Of a stretch of DNA of 64,000 nt, positions 27,642 through 37,702 are shown piece after piece; position 1 is the first letter of the stretch, and the number at the start of each line of letters is the position of its first letter. A program made the translations under genes and the position numbers. The DNA comes from an uncultured Clostridia bacterium. GTDB taxonomy: Bacteria > Acidobacteriota > Aminicenantia > UBA2199. The notes below the pieces were generated by a model. That model was given only the letters and a program-made list of their open reading frames with translations, made no database searches and had not been told where the DNA came from. The stretch lies in assembly GCA_964628035.1 (NCBI GenBank), contig CAZVPI010000013.1, forward strand, positions 3,251-67,250. Reading direction: 5' to 3'.

Positions 27642-28382
27642 ATGAATGCATGGCAAGGCTGGCGTTGGCCCGGTCCCGGTTCCTGGGCTCTGCGCCTCCT
27701 CCGTTGCGGCCTGTTCCGGCCCCGCTGCCCCCTGTGCGCCGCCGACCTGGTCCTTGCCGGCGAGACGGTGATCTGCCGCGAATGTCGGGGCCGCATCCGG
27801 CCGTCCCGCTCGAACCGCTGCCGCGTCTGCGGCGCCTTTCTGCCCGCGGCCGACCCGCTCTGCGGACTCTGCCGCCTGGCGCCGCCGCCCTTCGAGCGCC
27901 ACCGCTCCTACGCCGCCTACGAGGGGACGCTGCGTGAGGTCATCCTGCTGTACAAGTTCGGCCAGGTCGAGCCGCTGAAGCGCCTGCTGGCCGGTCTCTG
28001 GCTGGAGACCCTCCGGCGGGAGCTGCCCGGCCCCTATGACGTCGTGGTCCCGGTGCCGGCCGACCGCGGGCGGCGGGGCGGCTTCAGCCCCCTGGGCGAC
28101 GCCGGCCGGCTGCTGGCGCGGAGCCTGCGCACCCCTTACCGCCCCGCCTGGCTGCGCAAGACGAAAAGCACGCCGCCGCAGGTCGGCCTGACCCGGGCCC
28201 GGCGCCTGGCCAATCTCGACGGCGCCTTCGCGCTGGCGCCGGGCGCCCAGGTCAAGGGCCGCCGCGTGCTCCTGATCGACGACGTGACCACCACCGGCAC
28301 CACCCTGCGCCGCTGCGCCTCTGTTCTCGAGCGGGGCGGCGCCAGGGTGACGGCCCTCACCCTGGCGCAGGCGCAGCCCTGA
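27642..28382 (+). CDS. comF: ComF-family protein (double zinc ribbon plus phosphoribosyltransferase domain).
   Basis: N-terminal Cys clusters (CPLCAADL...CRECRGRI; CRVCGAFL...CGLC). PRTase P-loop VLLIDDVTTTGTTL. Confidence 0.8.
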   Translation: MNAWQGWRWPGPGSWALRLLRCGLFRPRCPLCAADLVLAGETVICRECRGRIRPSRSNRCRVCGAFLPAADPLCGLCRLAPPPFERHRSYAAYEGTLREVILLYKFGQVEPLKRLLAGLWLETLRRELPGPYDVVVPVPADRGRRGGFSPLGDAGRLLARSLRTPYRPAWLRKTKSTPPQVGLTRARRLANLDGAFALAPGAQVKGRRVLLIDDVTTTGTTLRRCASVLERGGARVTALTLAQAQP

Positions 28383-28459
28383 CCCGGGCGGCGCTGCCGC
28401 CCCGCGTTTGACTTTCGTTTTCTTTTCCTTTATATGGGAGGCTGAGGAGGAACCGCATC

Positions 28460-29095
28460 ATGAACACAGCCAAGAGAATGATCGCCTTGTTCGTGGCCGT
28501 TGCCTTCCTTTCCCTGCTGCAGATCTCGGCCGCGCCGCTGCGCGCCGGGGAGGCGCCGGGGGAGGCGGAGGCCGTGTTGGAGAACGCCGACCAGGGTCCT
28601 GTCGTCATTGAGGAGGAAGGGACCGCCGCCGCGCCGGCCAGGAAGAAAAGCATCCTGCCCATCGTCATCGGCGTGCTCGCCGTGGGCGCCATCGCCGCCG
28701 TCCTGGCCCTGGTGGTGCTGAAGACCAAGTACGACATCACCGGCACCTGGGAGTTCGACTTCGTCTCCACCTCGCCGGCGCACACCTGGAGCTGGACGCT
28801 GGTCTTCAGCGGCGACAGGAAGAGCGGCACCTTCGACGACTCGGGAGACAAGGGCAAATACACGGTCAACGACAAGAGCGTGACCCTCACCTACGATGAA
28901 TGGAACATCAAGCTGACCGGCCAGTTCGACGACAAGGACAAGATGTCGGGCAGCGCCACCTTCTCCGGGCTGACCATCGGCGGCAAGGAGATCACCACCG
29001 CCACCTGGACCGCCGCCCGCGTCGCCTCCGGCGGCTCGCTGCGGCCCGGGAACCTCGCCGGCGCCTCCTCGGGCGACCGCAAGGCCCAGAAATAA
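28460..29095 (+). CDS. Hypothetical membrane-anchored or secreted protein.
   Basis: GGAGG RBS. Signal peptide MNTAKRMIALFVAVAFLSLLQISAAPLRA plus a second hydrophobic segment ILPIVIGVLAVGAIAAVLALVVL. No known domain. Confidence 0.55.
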   Translation: MNTAKRMIALFVAVAFLSLLQISAAPLRAGEAPGEAEAVLENADQGPVVIEEEGTAAAPARKKSILPIVIGVLAVGAIAAVLALVVLKTKYDITGTWEFDFVSTSPAHTWSWTLVFSGDRKSGTFDDSGDKGKYTVNDKSVTLTYDEWNIKLTGQFDDKDKMSGSATFSGLTIGGKEITTATWTAARVASGGSLRPGNLAGASSGDRKAQK

Positions 29096-29134
29096 GCGCC
29101 GCCTGAGCGAGCGAACCCGAATCGATCTGCAGGG

Positions 29135-29161
29135 GAGGGGCGAAAGCCCCTCTTTTTTTTT
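29135..29161 (+). terminator. Rho-independent terminator: GAGGGGC-GAAA-GCCCCTC stem-loop followed by T9.
   Basis: Perfect 7-bp GC-rich stem with a GAAA tetraloop at 29135-29152, then nine T residues 29153-29161, about 40 nt after the 28460..29095 stop. Flanked by the direct repeat CGATCTGCAG (29121-29130 and 29176-29185). Confidence 0.7.
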
Positions 29162-29221
29162 AGAGAAAAAATTCCGATCTGCAGTGACCCATGAAGCTCA
29201 CCGGCTTTCGCGCTGAGAAAA

Positions 29222-29285
29222 GCCATCGAAAGGTAAAAGGAAAAAGGCAAAAGCAAGGAAAAGAGTTCGCTGCAGTGCCCGTCAC
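29222..29285 (-). repeat. CU-rich 3'-UTR element, copy B (inverted relative to copy A), in the 3' region of murB.
   Basis: Reverse complement reads GGGCACTGCAGCGAACTCTTTTCCTTGCTTTTGCCTTTTTCCTTTTACCTTTCG, matching copy A at 19351-19405. Confidence 0.55.
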
Positions 29286-29391
29286 CGCCCCTGCCACTAG
29301 CAGCTCATGGAGCCGCTTTGTGACACGGATGTTGTCCCTGTTGGTTCGCTGAGTCTCTTCCCAAGACGAACACGGACACCAAGTGATCGGG

Positions 29392-30360
29392 TTAATATTT
29401 CCTCCCGTCTGTGGTCACAAAGATGACTTCCCGCTCCAATTCGATCCCCGTTCGCGCGGCCACGGCGGCACGGATCTCCTCCTCCAGCCGCTGCAGTTCG
29501 GCGAAGGTGGCGCCGCCGCGGTTGATCACGAAATTGGCGTGCTCGCGGGCCAGGTACAGCGGGCCCAGGGCCGTCTCCTTCAGCCCGCATTCTTCGAGGA
29601 TCCTGCCGGCCGATTGCTTCGTCCCGTTGACCAGCGGGTTCTTGAAAAAACAGCCGGCCGATGCCAGCCGGTAGCTGGGATGGCGCTGGCGGCGGTATTC
29701 CAGGTGCTCGCGGCTGCGGCGGGAGATGGCCTCCGGGTCATCGGCCTCGAAGCGCAGGCGCAACGCCAGCGCCGTCCCGCCCCCCATCTTGAAGCGCGAA
29801 TCGCGGTAGCGGAAATCGAAGTACCCGGCGTCCACGCAACGGCGCGCTCCCTGCCCGTCGACGATTTCGGCCTCGAGCAGCACGTCGGAGATGGAACGGC
29901 CGAAGGCGCCGGCATTGACGGCGGCGGCCCCCCCCAGGGTGCCGGGGATGCCCGACAGGAACTCGAAGCCGCCGGCGCCGTGGTCGGCGCACCAGGCCAG
30001 GAACGACTGGTTGCGCGTGCCGGCGTCCACCTCCACGGTCCGGGCCCCGGCCGCCAGCGCCGGCGGCGGCGGCGCCGGAACCGGCAGCACCACCGCGGCG
30101 CGCACCGGTTCGTCGGGAAAGGCGATATTGGAGCCGCCGCCGAGGACCAGGAGAGGAAGCCGCTCCCCGTCGCTTTCGGCGGTCAGCCGTTGCAGGACGG
30201 CAAGGCGCTGGCCAGCGTCGGCGGGCGCGACCAGCAGCCGCACCGGGCCGCCGATGCGCAGGAGCAGGTGCGGCGAAATGGGGGCGTTCTCGCGGAAGGG
30301 GATGCCCTCCCCGCGCAGCCAGCCGCGGATGCCGGCGACGAACGACCGTCCCGTTGCCAT
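29392..30360 (-). CDS. murB: UDP-N-acetylenolpyruvoylglucosamine reductase.
   Basis: FAD-binding motifs (RIGGPVRLLV, LVLGGGSNIAFPD) and C-terminal MurB domain (YRRQRHPSYRLASAGCFFKNP). Confidence 0.9.
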   Translation of the reverse strand: MATGRSFVAGIRGWLRGEGIPFRENAPISPHLLLRIGGPVRLLVAPADAGQRLAVLQRLTAESDGERLPLLVLGGGSNIAFPDEPVRAAVVLPVPAPPPPALAAGARTVEVDAGTRNQSFLAWCADHGAGGFEFLSGIPGTLGGAAAVNAGAFGRSISDVLLEAEIVDGQGARRCVDAGYFDFRYRDSRFKMGGGTALALRLRFEADDPEAISRRSREHLEYRRQRHPSYRLASAGCFFKNPLVNGTKQSAGRILEECGLKETALGPLYLAREHANFVINRGGATFAELQRLEEEIRAAVAARTGIELEREVIFVTTDGRKY

Positions 30361-30379
30361 GGTTTTCCTTGGTCCTCTC

Positions 30380-31738
30380 TCAAAACTGCAGGAAAAGGAA
30401 GGGCGCGGCGCGCAGGGGATCGTGCACCTGCACCGTGGCCTCCGCCTGGCCCTCGCGGTTGCGTCCCTGCGCCCGGGCGCGGATGCGGTACGCGCCGGGC
30501 CGCGGCGGCACCCAGGCCAGGTCCACGTTGTCTGCGGCAGTCAGGCGGCGCTGGAACACCGCCTTGCCCTCGGCGTCGAGCACCGTGCACTCCCAGCTCG
30601 GCGCCACCAGGTTGTGGGCGCGCAGGGTGAAGCGCAGCGATTTTCCGGCCCAGTAGGCCGCAGCCGGCTCGAGCTCGACGTCGACGCCGTAGCGGTTGCC
30701 CAAGCGCAGCAGCCGGAAGTCCTCCCCTTCGCCGGACAGATAATACAAGGAGCCCTCACGGCTCAGCGGCGGCCCGAAGAGCCGTGGGGCGTCGGCGAAA
30801 ACGGTCGAACGCCCTTGGCGCGGGTCCAGGAAGCGGATCGTGCGGTTCAGCAGCACCGCCGCCAAGTTCTCCTCCATGGCAACGAGATCGAAGTCCAGCG
30901 TCGCCCCCAGCGGCCGCCACCACAGGATGGTGCCGCGGCGGTTGACGCGCAGCACGGTATGATCGGCGGGGCTGGCCACCACGGCGCCTGCGAAAGCCAG
31001 GGGGCGCCGCTCCAGGGCCTGCCCCAGCGACAGCTCCCACTCGGCTCGCGTCCAGTCCCTGGCCAGTTTCACCAGCGTGCGCCGGCCGGAGCCGTAATAC
31101 AAGGCGCCCTCGTCGCACAGCCCCGGAGAGGCGGCCGGGACGGGGAGCGGACGCGATGCGAAACGACGGCCGCCCGCCGGCAGATAAAAAAGCCGGTTCT
31201 GGCCGAGGACCACGACGCGTTCGGGCAGGAAATGGCAGCTGAGGAACCGCTCGTCGCGCTCATCGGCGCGGACGGCCTCCTGGGGGGAGGCCCAGGGGCG
31301 CAGCGCCGGGCTTCCCTCCTCCAGGCAGACCAGCCCCTCGGCCCCGGCGCCCAAAAGCGGCCCGGCACCGGGAACGATCGCGTCCATCTTCACTTGGCCT
31401 TCCTCCAGGTCGAAGGCCAGGAACCGCCCCGAAGCCTCTTCACGCCACACCAGGAAACGGCCGTGCAGGGACGGGAGCGAGGGAGCGAGCGCAGGGGCGA
31501 AGATCTCGCGGATGGCGGCTCCGGGTGCGTCGCAGGCGACGACCCGGCCCCTGGGGTCGATCCAGCCGATCCCGCCGGCGCAGGGGAAAAGGACGTTCCA
31601 GGCCGGCGCGCCCTTCCAGGCGCAGACCTCCTCCTGGGCCAGCGGCGGGCTGATCTCGGGCAGCAGCCGCGGATGCGGGCGGCGGCAGGCGCCGGCAAGG
31701 GCCAGGAGCAACGACAGAAGGAGCGCTTTGAATCTCAT
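30380..31738 (-). CDS. Hypothetical lipoprotein or secreted protein, possibly beta-propeller-like.
   Basis: Signal peptide with lipobox MRFKALLLSLLLALAGAC. No recognisable catalytic motif. Confidence 0.5.
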   Translation of the reverse strand: MRFKALLLSLLLALAGACRRPHPRLLPEISPPLAQEEVCAWKGAPAWNVLFPCAGGIGWIDPRGRVVACDAPGAAIREIFAPALAPSLPSLHGRFLVWREEASGRFLAFDLEEGQVKMDAIVPGAGPLLGAGAEGLVCLEEGSPALRPWASPQEAVRADERDERFLSCHFLPERVVVLGQNRLFYLPAGGRRFASRPLPVPAASPGLCDEGALYYGSGRRTLVKLARDWTRAEWELSLGQALERRPLAFAGAVVASPADHTVLRVNRRGTILWWRPLGATLDFDLVAMEENLAAVLLNRTIRFLDPRQGRSTVFADAPRLFGPPLSREGSLYYLSGEGEDFRLLRLGNRYGVDVELEPAAAYWAGKSLRFTLRAHNLVAPSWECTVLDAEGKAVFQRRLTAADNVDLAWVPPRPGAYRIRARAQGRNREGQAEATVQVHDPLRAAPFLFLQF

Positions 31739-31856
31739 TGCTAGGGTTGAATTATAGGGAAAAGGCCGAGGGCCGTCAAATCCGATATCCGCGACGATCT
31801 CTCCTGCGATGCATGCGCCGAGCTTCTTGCTGACACTGACATTGACACCGAAAAAG

Positions 31857-33152
31857 TCAGTCGGTCGCGACCGGCGGTTGGGAGTTCCGCCTGCGGCGCC
31901 GCCGGCGCCTGCGTCCGCCTCCTTCCAGGGGCTTGCCGGGGAACGCCTGCTGGAAGAGGGATTCGAAGGATTCCTCCGCCAGCGGCGCCCGCCCCAGGGC
32001 GATCGCCGCGCACAGGCGCGAGGCCTGGGCGAAGTTGGGGCGCTGGCGCAGCGAGCCGCGCCAGGCGCCGTCGCGCAAAGCCCGCCGCAGGCGGGCGGTC
32101 AGGGCCAGCAGGTCGATGACCTGGGCGCGCATCCCCTTGGGCAGCGGCACCAGCATGCCCGCGGCCAGGAAAGCCTTCTTCAGCAGCGGGAAGGGATCGG
32201 CGCCGCCGGCGCCCAGCTGGGGCTCCGCCCAGGGCCAGAGCAGCAGCGTCATCATCTCGTCCAGGCCCGGGGCGCGGCCGGCCTCCTTCTCGCCGTCGGC
32301 CACGGCCAGCAGCGAGGCGCTGGCGGCAAACAGCGCCCCGTCCTCCTCCAGCGCCTCGCCGATGCGCCCGAGCAGCAGCCGCAGCACGCCGAAATCGCGA
32401 TGGCCGGCGAAGACCTCGCGCGAACGCGCCCCCAGCAGGTCCTTGGAGAACTCCTCGTAGAGCCGGGCCTGGGAGCAGCCGCTGAGCAGGCTGCGCTGCC
32501 TGCGGATGGCTGCGGCGAGGTCCTCGTCGATGGCGAAGCCGAGGCGGGCCGCGTAGCGGATGACCCGCCAGATGCGCACCGGGTCCTCGCCGAAGCGCTC
32601 GCCGGCGTTGCCGATGACGCGGATGCGCCCTTCGCGCAGGTCGTCCACGCCGCCCACGTAGTCGAGGATCGAGGCCGCGGCCGGATCGTAGAACAGGGCG
32701 TTGACGGTGATGTCGCGGCGCCGGGCGTCCTCTGCCGGCGTGCCGAAGGCGTAGCCGTGCGCCGTCTCGCGCGCCGGCCCGGCCGGCTCTTCCCCGGCGG
32801 CGGGCGGGCCCGGATCGCGGCGGAAGGTGGCCACCTCGACGACCTTGCCGCCGCGGAAGCGGATGTGGGCCAAGCGGAAGCGGCGGCCGATGATGAAGGC
32901 GTTGGCGAAGTACTTGCGGATCTGGTTGGGCCGGGCGTCGGTGGCGACGTCGAAGTCCTTCGGCCGGCGCCCGAGCAGCAGGTCGCGCACGGCGCCGCCG
33001 GTCAGATAGGCGGTGAAGCCGAGACGCTGCAGACGGAACAGGATCTTGAGGGCGTCGGCGTCGATGTCGCGGCGCGAGACCGAGTGCTCGGCGCGCGGCA
33101 GGATGCGCGGCAACCGCGCCTCGTTGCCCGCGGCGATCTCCTGCCCGCTCAT
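31857..33152 (-). CDS. pcnB: Poly(A) polymerase / tRNA nucleotidyltransferase family protein (PcnB-like).
   Basis: ATG at 33152. Head-domain motifs YLTGGAVRDLLLGRRPKDFDVAT. Arg-rich C-terminal tail [15 protein letters not shown] typical of PcnB. Confidence 0.75.
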   Translation of the reverse strand: MSGQEIAAGNEARLPRILPRAEHSVSRRDIDADALKILFRLQRLGFTAYLTGGAVRDLLLGRRPKDFDVATDARPNQIRKYFANAFIIGRRFRLAHIRFRGGKVVEVATFRRDPGPPAAGEEPAGPARETAHGYAFGTPAEDARRRDITVNALFYDPAAASILDYVGGVDDLREGRIRVIGNAGERFGEDPVRIWRVIRYAARLGFAIDEDLAAAIRRQRSLLSGCSQARLYEEFSKDLLGARSREVFAGHRDFGVLRLLLGRIGEALEEDGALFAASASLLAVADGEKEAGRAPGLDEMMTLLLWPWAEPQLGAGGADPFPLLKKAFLAAGMLVPLPKGMRAQVIDLLALTARLRRALRDGAWRGSLRQRPNFAQASRLCAAIALGRAPLAEESFESLFQQAFPGKPLEGGGRRRRRRRRRNSQPPVATD

Positions 33153-33159
33153 GCGCCGC

Positions 33160-33975
33160 TCACCAGACGACCAGGCTGGCATAGCCGACGACCTGGTCCA
33201 GGTCGCCGCTGGCCTCGCCCGAGTGGCTGTAGCAGACCAGCTCGGAATGGGAGGCGCCGGCATGGCGCGCCGCCTGGAGCATGATCACGGCCGGGGCCAC
33301 GCCGCACATGGAGATGCGCCGGTCGCGGACGACGCGGTACAGCCCCTCGGGATCGATCTGCAACATGCGCTCGATGGCCAAGAAGTCGAGTTCCCGCGCC
33401 CGGGGGGCCGGGATGTAGTGGCTCATGTCGCTGGAGGCGACGACCGTCAGTTCCTCCCCGGCGAGCAGGGAGGAGAGAGCGGCGCCGGCCGCCAGCAGGT
33501 CCTCCAGCCTCCAGGCGGCGACGGTGACCGGCAGGATGCGGGCGCCGGGGCGGACATGCTGGATGAAGGGCACCTGCACCTCCAGCGAATGCTCCTGGAG
33601 CCCGGCCTCGCTGTCGAGGCGGAACAGCGGCGAGGCGGCGAGCAGGCGTTGGCGCAGCCCGGAGTCCACTTCGATCATGCCCAGCGGTGTGCGCCAAAAG
33701 TCGTGGCCGTCGACGGCCATCTCGGCCCCGGCGCCGCGATGGTTGACCCCCAGCACGACGACCGTCGGCGTCAGCGCCACCCGGGCATAGGCCTGGCCGG
33801 CGCAGCCGCCCGAATAAACATATCCGGCGTGCGGCGCCAGCATGCCCAGCACGCGGCGGCGCGACGCGCGTGCCGTCACGGGCACAAGCTCGGCCAGTTC
33901 CCGCTTCAGCGGGCGCGAGCCGGCCGGATAGAAATGGCCGGCCACCGCCGGCGGCCGCACTCCGCCGCCGCTCAT
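33160..33975 (-). CDS. MEMO1-family protein (AmmeMemoRadiSam system protein B-like).
   Basis: Motifs AGHFYPAGS, APHAGYVYSGGCAGQAY and SSDMSHY are characteristic of the Memo fold. Overlaps the amidohydrolase stop (ATGA). Confidence 0.75.
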   Translation of the reverse strand: MSGGGVRPPAVAGHFYPAGSRPLKRELAELVPVTARASRRRVLGMLAPHAGYVYSGGCAGQAYARVALTPTVVVLGVNHRGAGAEMAVDGHDFWRTPLGMIEVDSGLRQRLLAASPLFRLDSEAGLQEHSLEVQVPFIQHVRPGARILPVTVAAWRLEDLLAAGAALSSLLAGEELTVVASSDMSHYIPAPRARELDFLAIERMLQIDPEGLYRVVRDRRISMCGVAPAVIMLQAARHAGASHSELVCYSHSGEASGDLDQVVGYASLVVW

Positions 33976-35252
33976 GCCTCCTCCGCCAGCCGCCGCTCTC
34001 GCACCACCACCCTCCCCGACTTGATCACCGCCCGCAGCGGGTCGATGCCCAGGTGGTAGGCCAGGTACGGGTAATCGGGAACGTCGAGCAGCAGCAGGTC
34101 GAGCTCCTTGCCCAGCGCCAGCGAGCCGACGCGGTCCTGGCGGTCGATGGCATAGGCGGCGTTGATGGTCACCGCGTTCAGCGCCTGCTCGATGGTCAGC
34201 CCCAGGTGGAAAATCCCCAGCTGGAAGACGAACAGCTGCGAGGAGACCATGGAGCTGCCGGGGTTGAAATCGCTGCCCAGGGCCACGATCGCCCCCGCGT
34301 CCAGCAGGCGGCGCGCCGGGGCGTAGCGCCCGAGGCGCAGGAAGAAGGAAACCCCCGGCAGCAGCACGCAGGCGGTGCCGGAAGCGGCCAGGGCGGCGAT
34401 CTCGTCGTCGCCGACCGCGATCAGGTGCTCGGCCGATACCGCCCCCAGGCGCGCCGCCAGCTCGCCGGCGCCGTTGGCGGTGAACTCGTCGGCGTGCATC
34501 TTGAGGCGGAAGCCCAGGGCGGCGGCCTGGCTCAGGTAGGCCTCCGCCTCGCCGTAGGAAAAGTAGCCCTCCTCGCAGAAAATGTCGACGAACTCGGCCA
34601 GGTTCTCCGCGCGCACGCGGGGCAGGACATCGGCGGCCAGGTGATCGAGGAAGTCGCGGCTGCGGCCGCGGAACTCGTCGGGCACCTCGTGGGCGCCCAT
34701 GAAGGTGGGAACGGTGGCCAGGGGATGGCGGCCCGCCAATTCCCGCACCACCCGCAGCTGCTTGAGCTCGCTCTCCAGGTCGAGGCCGTAGCCGCTCTTG
34801 GCCTCGGCGGTGGTGGTGCCGGCCAGCAGCATGCGGTCCATGCGCCAGCGGCAGGCCGCGGCCAGGTCGGCCGCCGGGATCTCACGCGTGCGCCGCACCG
34901 TGCTGCGGATGCCGCCGCCGCGGGCGGCGATCTCCTGGTAGCTCACTCCCTGCAGCTTCTGCTGGAACTCGTCCTGGCGCGTACCGGCGAACGGCAGGTG
35001 GGTGTGGGGATCGACCAGCCCGGGCAGGGCCACCGCCCCGCCCGCGTCGATCTCCACGGCGTCCGGCGCCGGGTGGCAGCGCTCCTTCAGGCCGCGCTCG
35101 GGGCCGATGTAGCAGATCCGCCCCTGGCGGGCGGCGATGCAGACATCGCGCTCCAGGCGCAGGGCGTCGGCCTCGCGCCCCCGGGCCACGCGGTCGGAGG
35201 CGGGATTGACCAGCTGGCCGATGCGGCGGACGACGACGTCGGCGACGGTCAT
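33972..35252 (-). CDS. Amidohydrolase-superfamily protein (imidazolonepropionase-like).
   Basis: Metal-binding HxH (VDPHTHLPFAG), internal KMHADEF and GSDFNPGSS motifs typical of HutI-like amidohydrolases. No other hut genes nearby, so the physiological substrate is uncertain. Confidence 0.7.
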   Translation of the reverse strand: MTVADVVVRRIGQLVNPASDRVARGREADALRLERDVCIAARQGRICYIGPERGLKERCHPAPDAVEIDAGGAVALPGLVDPHTHLPFAGTRQDEFQQKLQGVSYQEIAARGGGIRSTVRRTREIPAADLAAACRWRMDRMLLAGTTTAEAKSGYGLDLESELKQLRVVRELAGRHPLATVPTFMGAHEVPDEFRGRSRDFLDHLAADVLPRVRAENLAEFVDIFCEEGYFSYGEAEAYLSQAAALGFRLKMHADEFTANGAGELAARLGAVSAEHLIAVGDDEIAALAASGTACVLLPGVSFFLRLGRYAPARRLLDAGAIVALGSDFNPGSSMVSSQLFVFQLGIFHLGLTIEQALNAVTINAAYAIDRQDRVGSLALGKELDLLLLDVPDYPYLAYHLGIDPLRAVIKSGRVVVRERRLAEEA

Positions 35253-36472
35253 TTCTTCTTGATCGGGTTCAGGCGCTGGAAGGTGGGCACATCCAGCGGA
35301 TCGTCGAAGCTTTCCGGACCATGGGTCATGTTGGGCATGGTGCCGTCGTTGACGTAATGGCGCAGGTCGGCCGCGGCGCCGGCGCCTCGTCCCTGCCCCA
35401 GGAAGAGCTGGGCCTGCGGCGTCGGCTGGCGATAGGCCGGCTCGACGGGCGCGAAGGCCGGGGTGGGCGTCTTGGCCCGCGGCGTGTTCTCGCGCCGCCC
35501 CTGCGGGAAGCCGGTGGCGATCACCGTCACGCGCAGCATGTCGCCGGCGTCGGCGTCCTCGATGACGCCGAACTTGATGGTGGCGTCGGGATCGGCATTC
35601 TCGGTGATCAGCGCCGAGATCTTCTCGATCTCGGCCATGGTCAGCGTGGAGGAGGCGGTGATGTTGTACAGGATGCCGGTGGCGCCGCTGATCGACTGGT
35701 TGTCCAGCAGCGGCGAGTTCAACGCGCGCATCGTGGCCTCCTCGGCCCGGTTGTCGCCCTTGGCCTCGCCGGTGCCCATCAGGGTGACGCCGCGCACGGC
35801 CATCGTGGCCTTGACGTCGGCGAAGTCGACGTTCTGCACGCCGGTGGAGGAAATGATGTCGGCGATGCCGCGCACCGCCTGCAGCAGAACCTCGTCGGCC
35901 TTCTTGTAGGCCTGGCGGTAGGTGAGGTTGGCGTCGCCCAGCTCGAGCAGCTTCTGGTTGGGGATGACGATGATGGCGTCGACGTTCTCCTTCAGCTTGC
36001 GGATCCCCTCCTCGGCCACGCGCATGCGCTTTTCCTTCTCGAAGTGGAAGGGCTTGCTGACCACGGCCACGGTGAGGATGCCCATGGTCGAGGCGTGGTT
36101 GGCGATGACCGGCGCGGCGCCGGTGCCGGTGCCGCCGCCCATGCCGGCGGTGATGAAGACCATGTGCGCCCCCTCCAGCACCTCGATGATCTGCCCGGTG
36201 TCCTCCAGGGCCGCCTGCTCCCCGATCTCGGGATTCGAGCCGGCGCCCAGCCCCTTGGTGATCTTGTCGCCGATCTGCAGGCGCAGGGCGGGGGGGGCGA
36301 TGGTCGACAGCACCTGCAGGTCGGTGTTCACGGCCACGAACTCGACCCCCTTGAGGTCCTCCTCGATCATGCGGTTGACGGCGTTGCCGCCGGCGCCGCC
36401 GACGCCGAGAACCTTGAGCACGGCTCCGCGCTGGCGCTCGCGCCCGAACGTGATCTTGATGTCGTCTTCCAT
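35249..36472 (-). CDS. ftsZ: Cell division GTPase FtsZ.
   Basis: GTP-binding motif GVGGAGGNAVNRM and T7 loop region NVDFADV. C-terminal conserved peptide DVPTFQR. Confidence 0.95.
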   Translation of the reverse strand: MEDDIKITFGRERQRGAVLKVLGVGGAGGNAVNRMIEEDLKGVEFVAVNTDLQVLSTIAPPALRLQIGDKITKGLGAGSNPEIGEQAALEDTGQIIEVLEGAHMVFITAGMGGGTGTGAAPVIANHASTMGILTVAVVSKPFHFEKEKRMRVAEEGIRKLKENVDAIIVIPNQKLLELGDANLTYRQAYKKADEVLLQAVRGIADIISSTGVQNVDFADVKATMAVRGVTLMGTGEAKGDNRAEEATMRALNSPLLDNQSISGATGILYNITASSTLTMAEIEKISALITENADPDATIKFGVIEDADAGDMLRVTVIATGFPQGRRENTPRAKTPTPAFAPVEPAYRQPTPQAQLFLGQGRGAGAAADLRHYVNDGTMPNMTHGPESFDDPLDVPTFQRLNPIKKK

Positions 36473-36481
36473 GTTCCCCTC

Positions 36482-37702
36482 CTAGATTCCGAAGTAGTCC
36501 TTGACGCGCTGCAGGACGTTCTTCGGCGTATGGCGAATGTAGCCCTTGTCCTTCATGTCGGCGAAGCCGTACTTGATCAGCCCCACGGCCGTGGCGAAGT
36601 CGGGGGTGTTGACCTTGTCGATCAGGCCGCCGACCCCGTGGGGATAGCCGATGCGCACCGGGATGGAGAAGATGCCGTCGGCCACCTCGAGGATGCCGTC
36701 GAGCAGGGCCGTGCCGCCGCTGATCACCACCCCGGCGTTGATCGAGTTCTGCAGCCCCTCCTTCTCGATCTCCATCTTGACCATCTCGAAGATCTCATAG
36801 GCCCGCGGCTTGAGGATGTTCATCAGGATCGAGGTGGAGATCTGCCGCGGCTTCTTGCTGCTGATCGAGGGCACCTCGATGGTCTCGTCCTTGAGGTTGG
36901 GGTCCATGGCGCAGCCGTAGCGGCGCTTGATCTTCTCGGCGCGGTCGATGGCGGTGCGGATGCCGATCGACAGGTCGGTGGTGAAGTTGTCGCCGCCCAG
37001 GGGGATGGTGCCCGAGTAGCTGATGGAGCCCTTCTCGAAGACGGCGATGTCGGTGGTGCCGCCGCCGATGTCGATGGAGAGCACGCCGAGCTCCTTTTCA
37101 TCCGGGGTGAGCACCGCCTCGGCGGTGGCGATATGCGACAGCACCGTGCCCAGCACGCTGACCTTGGCCTTTTTCAGGCAGAGCAGCAGGTTCTTGGTGG
37201 CGGTCAGCGAGCCGGTGATGATGTGGATGTAGACGTCGAGATTGCTGCCGACCATGCCCACCGGGTTCTTGATGCCGTCCTGCGAGTCGACGATGTATTC
37301 CTGGGGCAGCACGTGCAGCACGGCGCGGTCGGCCGGCAGCATGATGGCGCTGGCGTGGGTGATGGCCCGCTCCAGGTCCTCGCGGCTGATCTCCTTGCTG
37401 CGGCCGGTGATGTTGATGCTGCCCTTGGCGTTGATGCTCTGGACGTGCTTGCCGGAGATGTTCACGTAGGCCTGCTCGATCATCACGCCGGCGGTCAGCT
37501 CGGCGTCCTTGATCGATTTCTTGATGTCCTCGACCGTCCCCTCCATGTTGACGATGTTGCCCTTGCGCAGGCCGCGCGACTCGGCCACGCCGTAGCCGAT
37601 GATCTCCACGTCCTCCTTGTCGCCCTCGTTCTTGATCTGGGCGATCAGCGTGCAGATCTTCTTGGTGCCGATGTCAATGCCGACCAGATAATTGCTCTTC
37701 AT
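36482..37702 (-). CDS. ftsA: Cell division protein FtsA.
   Basis: Actin-fold ATPase motifs (VGIDIGTKKI, DIGGGTTDIAVF, VISGGTALL). Confidence 0.95.
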   Translation of the reverse strand: MKSNYLVGIDIGTKKICTLIAQIKNEGDKEDVEIIGYGVAESRGLRKGNIVNMEGTVEDIKKSIKDAELTAGVMIEQAYVNISGKHVQSINAKGSINITGRSKEISREDLERAITHASAIMLPADRAVLHVLPQEYIVDSQDGIKNPVGMVGSNLDVYIHIITGSLTATKNLLLCLKKAKVSVLGTVLSHIATAEAVLTPDEKELGVLSIDIGGGTTDIAVFEKGSISYSGTIPLGGDNFTTDLSIGIRTAIDRAEKIKRRYGCAMDPNLKDETIEVPSISSKKPRQISTSILMNILKPRAYEIFEMVKMEIEKEGLQNSINAGVVISGGTALLDGILEVADGIFSIPVRIGYPHGVGGLIDKVNTPDFATAVGLIKYGFADMKDKGYIRHTPKNVLQRVKDYFGI

